From Marsupella aquatica (lineage: Eukaryota; Plantae; Marchantiophyta): DNA of 64,000 bases. The notes beneath the pieces are model-generated. The model saw only the letters and a program-made list of their open reading frames with translations. It searched no databases and was not told the DNA's origin. The stretch lies in contig OZ316895.1 of NCBI GenBank assembly GCA_973895155.1, positions 7,614,184 to 7,678,183 of the forward strand, read 5' to 3'. Shown in pieces: positions 22,167 through 35,375 of this stretch. Within the stretch, counting starts at the first letter, position 1, and every line of letters starts with the position of its first letter. The translations under genes and the position numbers were made by a program.

Positions 22167-24744
22167 TGATCTGGGATGTATTCGTTGAGTTAGAGGAATA
22201 TGGAAGATGCTGACACAAAGAGCAAACCTGGCTTTCTTCGTCAGCTTCAAACCTCACGTTACTCACATGGCTTCGGTTATTTTATCTACTTCCCAAAGTA
22301 ATCTCCGAACAAGAAAAGATCTGGATTTGAGGGAGAAGGCGAACAGACACCCAGTGTGACAATTTTTGTGAATTGTAAAAGGAGCAACCCGGTAATGGTG
22401 CAGGTGGTATGGTGCAGCTGAGAGGTCTTGAAGTTATCTTGCTCTGGTTTCCGACTGTTGTCGTCAATTTGACTTCGGGTTGTGCCAGCTCTGATCTCGG
22501 ATCTGGATGCAGTCCAAGGCTGTTGAGTACTTGTAACTTACTCTGATGATTTCCAATGAGCTGAGAATACTCCTTATAGAACATTCTTCGGTCGTTCATC
22601 TGTTTGTTTTCTATGGATGATGACTTGACAGCAGATGACATCAAGCAGCCTCGATTGGAGACGATGGTCCAAACGTTGGAACAATCAAATTCTGACACAA
22701 GGCGGGATCCGAGCACCTGATGGGTCTTTGAACCTTCCAAATGGGCTTGATGAGGCCCCGTCAACAGTTCAGTTAGTCCTGAACTACTCCAGTTCAACAT
22801 GAAAGATACTCAGGTTCCCATAATTATTTACATCGAATGGCTCAACAGCCTGGTACCAGAATGAGTGCAGATGCCCATCTTCTCTTATTTTGAAATCTGC
22901 TACGTTTGCATGTAAAGAACAATGTCGAAAAGAGAAGCTCCTGCGAGACGCCTAGCATTGTGCCATAACCCTTCTTCAAATTGTACACTGTTGTACATCG
23001 AGTGAGTCAAACGAAGCACTGATTGTGTACTAGAGTCCTATAGAATTTCATGATTTCAGTCACTGGCTGCTTTTACAACACGAATCAAATATTTGTTAAT
23101 CATATTGTGTGGGTGATAGAGGTCCTAGAATCTGGACAGTAGCAAATGGAACTTAATAGTCGCAAGAACTCCAGCCGCCTCGTGAATAATGAATTCCCCT
23201 TTCAAGCTCCACGCCCACATTCAAACCAATTTTTGTGCTTTTAGACCTGGCCGGGTGAAGGATTGAGAAATACTCTATTACCCACACATTCAAATGATGT
23301 GCCTTATCCCATGTATCACTGCCGACAGACAGCCTAGGAAGGAGGGAACAAAAAATGAAGGAACTGTTGTTCCGCAAGAGCCCTCACTGGCAATGGGCAA
23401 CCATGTTTAGTGTCCATCAGGTCTAAAGCTAGGTCAATTACTAAGATCTCCGACGCTTCCAGCAATTCAGATTCCTGGTGAATTGATGGACTGGACTGTA
23501 CAAAGCACTGTTGGCTTCAATGATTCAATCCAGGAGACTCGCAGTTGATGTTCACTTATCAAACCCTCCCTCTTTCTCTCACACATCCAGCAACTGGGAT
23601 TCCTCCGAAGCGTTAATCACTCACTCATTGATCCGCACACGGAATAGGATGACTTGGCATTTGCTCCACTTCTCACCGTAGGAATTTTTTAGACATGTCG
23701 TACCAGATTTCAATAGTTGTACAGATCGAACTCCTAGATGAAGGCATGAGCGACTACACCTTTGCATGATCCTCAAGATAGAGGGTTATCCAGTCATACG
23801 TTTTCCACAGTGAGGCGTCCGTGTTTGAGACTTCGTCAAAGGGAATTTATAAATCTCTCCGTTCTTGCTGGCTACAAGAAATTCATCTTTCCGCAGCGTC
23901 CTCGTCGTCAACCTCAGGCTGAAGATCAAGGAAGCCATTTGCCTGTTTTGTCTACAAAAGTTGATTTTCCTGACCGTAGGATTTGAATAGAGGACAAGAG
24001 CCCCGAAACCATTTTTGGGATCGAGGAAAAGGACGACCACCTTCTCAGTGTTTGTGTAACTTATCTCGTTGCAGGCATTCATCAGTATAATCTGTTCGTC
24101 CCTTGGCTTCTCCCCATTCCACAAACCTCGTATCCTTGCTCCTCCAGCCTACATCATCGCCTCCAGCAACTGAACTTCAACGTGTCCTTCACAAAGGAAA
24201 AGGCATCTATTGGTTGCAACAATGAAATTACATGGACTCCACCTTTTCCGTTGAATGTATACGATGTATCTATACTTTGTTTAATTCCCTTGCGGACAAC
24301 ACCTCCCCTCCTGGATAGTTAACCGTACAACCTGGGTGAACACTTCTGTCATCTTACGTTTCTATGGTGTAACCTCCATGTGTATATAAATGTAACTCCA
24401 CGTCCAAGCTTCTAGATCAAATCTTAGGAACTTCAGTGAAGGTATGACATTGAGTGCAAATCTCTGTGCGAGGTAGACGTTATTTATATAGGACAAAAGC
24501 GGAAAACAAGTCCAAAGAAATTGATCAAAACTGCCGATGAAAACTCTGCTGTACATGCAACTGTGCTTCTGTTGAAGCCATTAAAAGGATAACAAGATCT
24601 TTAACTTCTTTGTGATACAATCATTCTCATGAGAGATTGGGCAGCCTGACATCCACACATGACAGCACCTTTGCAAACTCTTCTCACGCTGCTAGAATCT
24701 CTATCTTTTTATTAAACTAGTATGGCGAACTTTTGACTACAATT

Positions 24745-26643
24745 CTACAGAGCTCGTTTGGTAGACTTGGTTATAAATTGCTGCAGCCGACGTGGCAGAT
24801 GAATGCTTATTTGTCTCGCGGCAAGTACTGAGATACAGAGGGATATGAGCCCGAGAAAGCCAACCCAAAATGCTTGCAAAGGTATACCCAAAACTAATTC
24901 TTCCAAAACTGCAAAAGAGAACAACAAGCGTTCTTCAGATTGTATCAAGTCTCATTCCAAGAGCACATATAGCTGAAGCTGTGCTTTCCGGCTCACATAT
25001 TAACTCAACTGACCTAAAGTTGCACAACGTTTTTGAGCACCAGTAAATACATTTCCAGTATCGAAAGATAATATGAGATTTACAATCTACTGACGCTAAT
25101 CCTAAGGTCATTCCTCAAGGGCAGAGCCAAAGTATTTTTTACGCAAGAACTGCCATACTACTAAGTAAAGTTCGCATAAGTTGTGTTTGAACACCCCACA
25201 TGGTGCACAACCGTAAAGAAGTAGAGCAGAACATTCATCGGCTCTTATCTATTAGTGTAGAAGAACTTACGGATGTTATATATGATGAACATTTGTTCTT
25301 GCACATACGGTTGAGCAACAAATCCTTCAGGCCTGACTGACACAAGGACCCTCTGTTTTATTCCATCTCGCACGTCCTGTAGAAGTAAATTGAAAATCAA
25401 CAAGAATTCGATTTGATAATTCAACTCAATTCAATTCAATTTCAACCAGTTCATTCCAATCCAATCCAATTTAATCCAATCCACCCACCTGTGACGTCGG
25501 TCCCTTGGGATGATGAAAGATGATTTTCTCTGTATTAAGCAATTTTCTCCCCGAAGAAGTTGAAAGTTCATCGCGCTCAGGAAGGAAATCAATTGAAAAG
25601 ATAGCAGGTGTCTGGAAATCAAAACAAACAGGGTTCAAACTACCAGGAAATCGAGCGAAACGAAATTTTATTAAAAAATATTTGCAGGCCGATCAAACCA
25701 TTGCTTAATGGGGGAATAAGCGTTTGAAATTTGATTGTGCAATCTTACAATGCAAGGATGTTCTGTATGTGTATCTCTGACAAGACACAATCGAACTGAA
25801 TAGGGTGAACGGTTCCGTCTATGTAATGATTTGCGTACAATGTCAACGGACAGACCCAGCGATAGGCTCAGCAACGCGTAACTCGAAATGCTCAATTGAA
25901 TCAATTAATGCACAGCTAGAAATACAACAATTATACATCTTGTCTATGCGATTATTCTTTTTCCTTGTTGTAACTGGCACGTCGTCTAATGTCAGCACCG
26001 TGCACATACATAGCCAGCTCATCACAATCAAGACTACTTCACCAACCTGCCCCTAAGGGTTCAACTCAAGGAGAGGTCGAGGAAGCATACATACAGAGGC
26101 TGGGTAGGAGATCTTCACTTCATACGAGTGGTCCTCTTTCATGTCTATGAGCTCATATATGCATTTTCCGCCTCCCCTGAATGGCAACTTCTCCTCTTTA
26201 CGTTCCTGACCTAATCCTAATGTACGTATCTCAAGCCTGCAGAAATTGACCAACTGCTTTGATCAGACGGGTATAACTTGGTGTAAGCCCGAAGGCCTTC
26301 ACTGAGCACATTGCGCCATTAATTCTCACATCTTACAGCTCTATATCAAATGTGAAATATGCGCAAGCTATGCTTGAACATAGTAAGTTACACAGAGATA
26401 ATGCTGTCGCATTACTTCTCGACCTTCTTTGAAAAGAACTTTCAACTTCAGACCACAAAACTATAACGAAGAAGAGTACCCATCAGAAACAAGGACTTAC
26501 TGTGAGATATCTGAACTGATCTCTGTAGATGCGAGAGAGGGCTCCATGATCAAGCAACCTATCATAAGACTTAGTACGAATATCCAATTGAACGGATTCA
26601 AACCACGCCATCTTGCGCCTGAAGGAAGTTGTGAATAATCCAT
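24745..26643 (-). CDS. Uncharacterised conserved plant membrane protein (N-terminal signal, C-terminal TM helix)
   Basis: Exons 26643-26501, 26236-26095, 25611-25489, 25376-25271 and 24908-24745, all GT-AG and in phase. Protein: MDYSQLP...WIFVLSLMIGCLIMEPSLA..., YEVKISYPAS|TPAIFSI, RKLLNTEKIIF, VRPEGFVA, IIYNILLEELVLGIP...FWVGFLGLISLCISVLAA. A non-coding upstream exon is possible near 27347-27500. Confidence 0.82.
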
Positions 26644-28339
26644 CAATTTCCCCTGCGAGAAATCATTTCATTCTGAGAATCCAACGCGATAGAACCCAAA
26701 ATTGAGAGCTGACGTCAACCACACCCAACTTCTCCTTAGAGAGAGCATTGATGTCTCACTGCACTTCTTCGACAGCTATAATCTTACTGTTTTTCGAAGC
26801 CAATTTCCAAGATCTTCCCAAGGAAATTCCTTTGGTCTTGCAGCTCTGCTGATAGTTAAAGTGTTGCTCCAGCGCATTGTAGGAAGGAGACGCATATACT
26901 ACCAAACAAGTCATTCTTATCTTCAAACTAAGTGGAGCCAAACGGCATACCTCGTGAATGAGGTATCCTGCTTGAAGCTCAGCAACGTTGCTGTTCTTCT
27001 CAACATTTGTGGTAATTGCTGCAAGTTTAGGAGGTTCCACTTCTAATGATTCTCAGGCTGGAATCAGGACATTGCGAAAAACTGCAGAACACTCGAAGTA
27101 AAAACTGCGAGGACGGAGTATTACACTCTGGAAAGTCGACAACTGCAGAGATCAAATTTTCGGACTTTGGAGGGAAACTATACACCTATATGCTTGTATG
27201 GACATCGAACCTCGATTTCCATTTCAAAAGCTTGGAAGGAATTGAATAGCAAATACCGAAACAAAATTGCTCGACGCGATTCCATCTCCATCTCAGACAG
27301 GGCACGAGATCATATCAACCATGAAAGAGCTACGGAAAAGCAGTACCTGTCGTTTCATTAGTTTCAGCTATAGACGTCACAGATAGTCCACGAAAGCGTT
27401 CCTCTCTTCTCCCAACAGTTCTAGGTCTTACGGGCTCACCCAGCTTCCTCCCCGCCTCTCCACCAAGACAGCCAGAACTTGAAAATCAGATGCTGACGCT
27501 CCAGAAGTTAGGCCATCGCCAACTCCACTGCCTTTCGTGGACCAATCAAAATTGGGGACTGTAGCTGGCAAAGACGGAGCCCTCCGTCATCCCCTCAGAA
27601 CCCTAAACGAAAAGATTTCGCTGATCGTTTGGCCTGGTCGCGAGACTTGTCAGCGAAAAACCCTTGCTCCTGTCTTCAAGACCGTGCGCGTTCAGGTGTG
27701 CAGATTTTTCGGTGTGGGTTGTTTGGTATATTGTGTCAGAAGTGCACACGAGGAAGTAAGGTAGAAGCAAGCCACACTTGAACGAAAGGGTGTCAGCTAT
27801 TAATGAACCACTATTTTCACCGAAAGGGTTCTTTAGGAGCTTGATAAGGTGTATTGTGTTCACTTCTCAAAATAGTGGTGACGAGTACGATACAGGTTAC
27901 TTGCCTTTTCTGAAATGAAGGCATCCTGCCATCCCCGTCGACTATGAGTACGGTTCAAGTTTATTATGAGTACGGTTTTATCAAGCTGTGGGAGATGATC
28001 ATAAGGTGTTGCTACTAAAATTCTTTTCGAAGTGGGTTATTCTTGTGATGACAGGGGCTTCAACTTCATGCAATGCCACGTTCTCAGAGGCATATCCCTA
28101 TTGCGGTTCTCTGTGAAGCGAGACTGAATCCCAGGACCTTCCTTTGACAGGACAAGGGACTTACAAATCACAGGTCCAAACCATCGCAGGAACAGGAAAA
28201 TGGAAATCAAATCACAGGAACAGGAAAATGCAGACGGGAAATTGGAGCCGAAGTACAAACGTTTTACAAATTCTTAACACATGTTCCTGGTTTCCTCATT
28301 GGAGTTTTATGACTTTCAATGTTCTTCCTCTCCGAGCAT

Positions 28340-30780
28340 CTTAAGGCCTTGAAGTTCTAAAGTAGGTGTTCGGAACAGCTACACGCCAAGGAGAGGGACC
28401 GAGACAGAGACAAGGATAGAAGCAAAGTGAGGGAGAGGGTTGTAAGACATAGGACAGAGAGAGGAACACGCATCGACAAAGGTGTACCGCGGAGAAAGAG
28501 TGGCCGAGAAAGTAGGTCTGCAGGAAGGGACTCTTGCCATCTTGACGGGTAGTCCGTCTTGACAGACAGTCCACACGGATGACCAATAAACTATTGCTGC
28601 AGAAAGTCTGGTACTCTGGTTGTCTTGGAATTTGGAATAGCTGATGGATTTGATCCGGCGTGAGAGAGGAGTACTGGCATATTGTAATTAATCTCTGATG
28701 AGAAATAGCAGACAGCGAGGCCTATAAGGGGTTTGGGGATTTCTGGATGAAAATGTTCTCGCCAGGCCTGCTTTCCTGAATTCCTGGTCTTGCCACAGTG
28801 CCCTGGGCCCATGGCCAGGGATGATGGATGGTACATGGGAACGGAGTCCGAGACCGATAATTGCGGTAAGAATAGGGCCCACATTCGAGACGCTTTGAGC
28901 ACTGTTTCAGCGTTTCTGAAGGAATCCACTTCTGCTGAGGTTGGTCGGGGTTTGTCACTGACACCTCCAGACCAGTAAACAAGGAGGGTCTCGGGTCGGG
29001 CCTTCCGGGTTCCGGGCCATTCTGATTCTCGAAGGACTCGAAGTTTCGAAGGCAGCCATGACCGGTACAGTAAGCATGGAGATCTGCTTTCTTTGCACAT
29101 AGTTTAAGGAAAGCCACCTGGCCAGGAACATTGGTGGGCTTTCATTGTGAGAAAATGTGAGATTCATCCAGCTGTTCACAGGGCGAGCAATCTTGGAACC
29201 TGGAACGAGTAGTTTACGGACTCACGTACGTTTGACTTTTGTCGATTTCAGTAGATTCCGTAGTGGATTACCGACTTACCGTTTGTAGCGCAAACAACGA
29301 AACTGAAGCCATTTTTGTAGCCATCTCTTGAGGAATTTACTGTAGCCTCGAACCACACCCCGATTGAAAGTTGTGTTGAGGTGGTTAAAATAAGAGAACC
29401 AATTGTACCAGAATGGGAGCATAGAGAACCAATTGTACCAGAATGGGAACAACCCTATGCTTTTGTCTTTCGTGTGAGGATCCGACAATCTTAGAAGAAA
29501 TTGGTATCAAAAAATTGTGACAATCTTGCTGTACTTATTTGCCGCGGGTGGCATCGTCGGTAGACCAATACGTTGGTGATATTGATTTCCAGTTTGACTC
29601 TTTCAAAACGATCGTTTTTGGGAGATCCTGAAACTCAATTGTTTGCTTCATATGCCGCACTGTATGCTCTCACGGAAAGTGGTCGACTCAATATGTACAG
29701 TCGAATGATGTCTGTTCGAGGGTTTACAATCTCTGCAGCTGGGATAGTGCCAGCACATCATTGGCAGTTCCCCTAGTGTTCGGCCAAAGCAGATCTGGAC
29801 GGATAACCCACAATTTATTGAGGTCCTACGAACGTCAGTCAGCTAAATTCTAAATAATATGTATCCTGTTCAGGTCCCTCCAGACTCGGTTCATTCCCAA
29901 ACGTGCCGTCATGTGTTCCCGTTCCCTCGCCCTTTCCTCCGGTAACTTGTGGGAACGCTTCCCATCCTACTAGTGTACTGCCGTCTGATAACATCCCCTG
30001 ACCCGTGGGCCGAACTTGTAGGTACAGTTGGACATTCGCCACGTACTTTTCGATGGGAGACGACCTTGCATCTCCATAAACAACAAAGTTCAGGTTGTAC
30101 CGGTACTGGACTGGTTTTGGTAGAGCTGATTGTACTTATCACTCCGAATCATTGTCAGGCTTGAGTATGGTAGCGTCCATCACTCCATCCTCGAAGAAAT
30201 CCAATGATCGGTCTCTCTTGATGGTTTCCACGTCTCCACCTGCGTTGTGGGACACTCTAAACAAATGCTTGATACGACGACAATTTATGATGATCTAGCT
30301 CGCGTACTCACCAAAACACTTATCAATGCTCCTGCCAACCCAAAAACCTATGGAATGACGATTTGGGCCCCGATTTGGGTTGACATCAGACACCTGAACC
30401 TTTTCTCGATCACTTTTATCCTCTCAAGTCTCAAGTCTCAAGGCCCAGCATCCAGATTCGGATAAGTACAGCGGCCATCCTAGGCTACGAGGGGCTTTAC
30501 TCATGAACCGATGGATCCGTGGGGTTCTGTAACGATAGCTTGCCTCTACCGAGCTTCTACCGAGCTTCTACCGACACTGAATTCCTGGACCAAATGGTGG
30601 TACTCACGAACAGTGAAACAACTTGCGTGTTGTGCTCCGTCTTGTTTGTATCCGTGGCTTCCCATCGAAGGAATTCCTTGTCCCCTTGTACGTTTATCCA
30701 TACCTTAGGGTTGAGGCTGTCAAGCAAAGTATATAGGCTAGAAGTCAGCTGGAAGACTTCTAGCCTACATGGGAAATCGA
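28340..30780 (-). pseudogene. Decayed protein-coding-like region of unknown family
   Basis: Long minus-strand stretches with sparse stops (e.g. QYRYNLNFVVYGDARSSPIEKYVANVQLYLQVRP...VGWEAFPQV and NPRTDIIRLYILSRPLSVRAYSAAYEA). The frame is restored when micro-duplications at 30546-30574 and 30424-30442 are collapsed. Confidence 0.4.
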
Positions 30781-31886
30781 AGCACGATCACAACTAGCTT
30801 GATCATATATTCAGAATCTTTTCTACACTCACAGTATTGATGAGCTCGAGCTAGCTGCAACTTACTGCACGAGGCCGGCGGCTGTCTCGTGGAATTAAGT
30901 ACTGTGTGTACTTGTTGGTATGGATAGACGCAAGAAACAATCACAGAAGCCAAAATGACGATAGAAGCTAGTCAAGTTATGTACCACGCAGATGAGCTAG
31001 AAAACTCTTCAATTTCACAACAAGATGATCACACTTCACACACCGCGCGAGGCTAGCCCACACCATCCCGCAAAATCAGGAACTTCGGAATACCTGTTTC
31101 CACGCGTCTGGTCGAATGCGGTACGACATCCACCCAAGCTAGCAACTAGATTAGTACAGTACCTTCGATCCAGTCGATGACAGCGGACTCCATGCATGAG
31201 ACCAGGAGTCTGTGCATTGTCGATATATCGAAAGAAACAAAAGACCGATCGAGCTGCGACTGTCTTGCAGATAGAGAGAGTGTACCTAGCTACAGTAGCA
31301 TAGCTCTACGGGCAATCAGCTCTTTCAATATATCCGCTGCAAAACGTCTCTGGTTGTCTCTCGCTCATATCTGCAAATTAAAGCGTAGTTACAAGCTTCG
31401 ACATCCAGCTCACCGCCATGAGCAACTAGAGACATCGCCACAGCATCTAGGCTGGTGGACGTGGGAGTACGACTCCAGCAATTAATCTGCAGCTCTTCAA
31501 CCTTTACCTCAATCGATAGCTTCAGATAACTTCGATCAAATTGGTATGCGAGAGATTGATTGCGACGATCCAAAAGCACTGTCAGTACCAGCCCACAACA
31601 TCTTCAGAAATCCTGGACTACACTAGTACTGATAAGCTTAACCCACCACCTCCATGATTATATGGCGTCTGCAAAAAGTGGACTTCGGCAGGAGATTTGT
31701 GCACGGCTGTGAACAGACTGTGTGTCTACTTTCGCAGAGAATATCACTTTTGACACTTTCGACTCAATTGTGACCGGTAAACGGTCTCGTGACCATTTGG
31801 AAGCTGATTCAGTTAGTTTGCCAGGTGCACTGTAGCATTTGGCCGCCAGCTCGAACTTCCCAGCTGTGATCAGAGCAGCAACCTGC

Positions 31887-32058
31887 TTAACAATTACACA
31901 TGCAGGCAATGAACCAAAATCCATCTCTGTTGAGCTCTCTCCAGCAGGTAGCTTAACAATTAGTCAGGCAAAGGACAGGAATCCATCTGTTGAGCTCTGC
32001 AGCAGGTAGCTAAACAATTACACAGGCAAAGGCAGGAATCCGTCTCTGTTGAGCTCTG
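31887..32058. repeat. Degenerate ~60-bp tandem repeat, about 3 copies
   Basis: Recurring AACAATTA...CAGGCAA...AATCC(A/G)TCT(CT)GTTGAGCTCT. Confidence 0.8.
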
Positions 32059-32882
32059 GAGCGAAATTGACCCTTTTGCTCAGTGCAATATCATTCGTCT
32101 CAACGGGGCTCAGCGATCTTGCCCGGAGAAGGATGGACCTTCTTTGCCTTAGTTGAAGCTATGGCCTCAGCCCAATTGAAATGGAGCCAAATGGATCAGT
32201 GAATGGGAAGGTGCGATAAAAAAAATCACTCTATTGCTTCCATAACGGGGATTTAAACCGGTCACTTTTGAAGACCGTCAAGCCATCACCAATTTTGAGA
32301 GTACTTTAGGATATTTTGAAATATTGGTTTTGACTTCTTCTGCTTGACAACTTCATCCACAGGGTAGTCAAGTCACTTGAGATCAACTTTGTGACAGGAA
32401 TTCCCACTTTTTTGCCTTGAAAAATCAATTTGAATTCCATCCAAACGACAGCGGAATTCCCACTTTTCAATTCTATCCAAAACGAAGTTGGTCCCTTTTT
32501 CTTTTCAGTGTTTTTCTCGGGTTCACGCAGTCCATGGGGAGTGGGGATGGGCAGGGACAACGTGAGCTTCAGTTTCCTGTCTGGAAGTCAGTCTGATTTG
32601 AAGGGAAGGCTTCTTTCTCGATGACATATAATTCAAATAAAATGGATTTTACTAGACTTTTTTGTCACATATCACCACTTGCCACCTTTTTCAGAGTAAT
32701 TATTAGGGTGTCTCCACCTTTGCGTTACTGCCTCCTGTCCCAGTCAGGACGGATTTCAGGGGAAAAAGTGGCAGACACATAAATCCATGTCCACATAAAT
32801 CCATGTCCACACACTGTTAATCCGTGACCAAAACTGATAGTTCCGGGCGTCATTTTTTCCCCGCAACTCCAAGGTTTGAGAC

Positions 32883-33422
32883 CCCCTATTACAACTACAC
32901 TTTTTTGGTCATGAGTTAAGCGTGTAAACCCAGCTTAGGAACAAGAGTTCTTACAGCCCTGGGATTGGCGCATCGAAGGGTTGATGATTTCCGTCACCCT
33001 CAGATCCGATTCACACTGCCCCTATTACAACTACACTTTTTTGGTCATGAGTTAAGCGGGTAAACCCAGCTTAGGAACAAGAGTTCTTACAGCCCTGGGA
33101 TTGGCGCATCGAAGGGTTGATGATTTCCGTCACCCTCAGATCAGATTCACACTGCCCCTATTACAACTACACTTTTTTGGTCATGAGTTAAGCCCAGCTT
33201 AGGAACAAGAGTTCTTACAGCCCTGGGATTGGCGCATCGAAGGGTTGATGATTTCCGTCACCCTCAGATCAGATTCACACTGCCCCTATTACAACTACAC
33301 TTTTTTGGTCATGAGTTAAGCGGGTAAACCCAGCTTAGGAACAAGAGTTCTTACAGCCCTGGGATTGGCGTATCGAAGGGTTGATGATTTCCGTCACCCT
33401 CAGATCAGATTCACACTGCCCC
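32883..33422. repeat. 136-bp tandem repeat x4, near-identical, ending in a poly-C tract
   Basis: TATTACAACTACAC anchors at 32887, 33023, 33159 and 33287; copy 3 has an 8-bp deletion. Confidence 0.96.
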
Positions 33423-34419
33423 GCCCCCCCCCCCCCCCCAACTCATGGTCAAGTGGGGCAAGGTTCTGCCTGCACCCTCGCCTCCCTGTTTCCCAACTGC
33501 CCTCCTTCGCCCTTGTGGTAGCCCTTGCCCACTGAACATGAAAGGATGAACAAACAAAGTGAATATATTTCTGAAAGCAAAAAGTCATGTCAGTAGAGAA
33601 GAACAGACTAAACATGGGAAGAACTCCTGAGGCCACTACTAGCCCTGAAATCCAGTCAGACGCCTAATGAGGTCCTCCATCCAGGCCCATTCCGGCTGGT
33701 GGTAAGACACCCATACCTCTCAGAGCACCACACGAGCTCTATTTGAATTGCCCCCCACTGACAGCATATGACACCTCACAGTGGAAGGCAAAGGCACCTC
33801 CAGAGGCATACCAAACCTTTCATAATCCTTTAAGGACTCAGGAAATTGCCAAGGAACGGAAGAGATGCATTGAGAAGCTGCTACAAAACTTGTTATTTTT
33901 CTCTTTGTAGTTTCTGGTGCTTTATAGAGAAGAATGCACGATCCAGAGTTGGATTGGGCTGTTATACTTATTCTTTACTTTACTAAACATAGTAAAATAA
34001 CAGATCTCTTACAGTTTTAAGTGTATGACCGCCTTGTTACAAAGGCATTCTGGGCAGTAATAGCCACTCAAAACTCAAGATAGTGCCCTCTTTTTGTGGG
34101 AGTTATGGCCAATGTGCCCTTTCACTAGCATCTTACTATGTCCAAAAAGAAATACCTTCCCCAGCCGCTGGTCATTATAAGACTGGCTAAGGATACACCA
34201 AGATAAGAGGCTAGGACAAAGCATAACCAGAAGACAAGGGAGGTGGAGTACTGCACATTGGGTATTCTAACATTGTTGTAGTAATATCTTGGACACTGAA
34301 TTCGTTTCTCTACCCGCTTTCTTTCTCCACGCAGGCTTCTACTCCTGCTCCTACCAGCATAATTTTCAAGGCGTTTTTTCTTTTATACAAGGGTGGGGAA
34401 TCTCTACTTGTGTTGAAGA

Positions 34420-34625
34420 GAAAATGCTAAGAGTGTTACTTATCTAATTTTTACTAGGTTAATTTCTGACCGTCAGATCTCCCTACCGATAAGGCTAATG
34501 GGGCCTGTGGCTAGGTGGTAATTAAACTGGCTAAGGGAATACAGAAACCCTACCGAGTTTTTGCCAAGAGTGCAAAGACTTTTCAGAGAGGTGGAATGTA
34601 GTGAATTTCCATCACTAAAAAACAT
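34420..34625 (+). repeat. Dispersed repeat family, copy 2
   Basis: CTTATCTAATTTT...GATCTCCCTA...GTGGCTAGGTGG...AACTGGCTAA...ACAGAAACCCTA...TTTTTGCCA...GAGAGGTGGAAT is collinear with 38345-38575. Confidence 0.65.
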
Positions 34626-34679
34626 GCAGGCTCCTACTTCCCAGCAGGTTCTTTGGTACTGAGTTTTTCCCCTTGCTTA

Positions 34680-35375
34680 ATTCTTGGTCACCTTTAGCCT
34701 TCTTTGAAAGAAAAAAAAGGGAACAGAGTTTAGGGTTCCCTCAAGTGTTGCATCACCCTCGTGAAGTGTATGGTTCAATTGCTCGACAACAAGCAAAAGC
34801 CTCCTTAATTCATCGGTCTCCTTGGCTTTCTTTGAAGGATAAGAAAGGGAAACAAAACCAGAAAATAATTTTTGTTCTGGGTTTTTCCCCTCCCTTGATT
34901 CAGTGGTCTCCTTAGGTTTCTTTGAAAGAAAAGAAAGGGAACAAAATCCAAACAAAGAATTTCAAAGTGTTGCGTCACCCTCGTGAAGTGGATGGTTCAA
35001 TTGCTGGACATCAACCGAAAGCCTTCTTAATTCATTGGTCTCCTTGGCTTTCTTTAAAGGACAAGGAAGGGAAACAAAACCAGAATGTAACTTTTGTACT
35101 GGGCTTTTCCTCTCCCTTAATTCAGTGGTCTCCTGAGCCTTCTATGAAAGAACAGGAAGGGAACAAAATCCAAAAAAGAATTTCAAAGTGTTGCGTCACT
35201 CTTGTGAAGTGGATGGCTCGATTGCTCGACAACAACCGAAAGCCCTTGTTAATGCATTGGTCTCCTTAGCTTTCTTTGCAGGGAAAGAAAGGGAAACAAA
35301 ACCAGAAAATAACTTCCAAAGTGTACCGTCAGCCTCGTGAAGTGGATGGATCGATTACTCGACACCAACCGGAAA
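34680..35375. repeat. Degenerate ~221-bp tandem repeat, about 3.5 copies, with internal subrepeats
   Basis: GTGAAGTG(G/T)ATGG anchors at ~34761, 34983, 35204 and 35337; repeated GGTCTCCTT.G.TTTCTTT and AAGGGAAACAAAACCAGAA. Confidence 0.88.

Noticed and set aside
28040-28130. Possible C/D box snoRNA (GTGATGA...CTGA)
   Set aside because: Only a minimal terminal stem, and no antisense element I could match to rRNA or snRNA.
32883-33422. CRISPR-like array or hammerhead ribozyme repeats
   Set aside because: Units are wholly repeated with no unique spacers, the context is eukaryotic, and no CUGAnGA...GAAA core was found on either strand.
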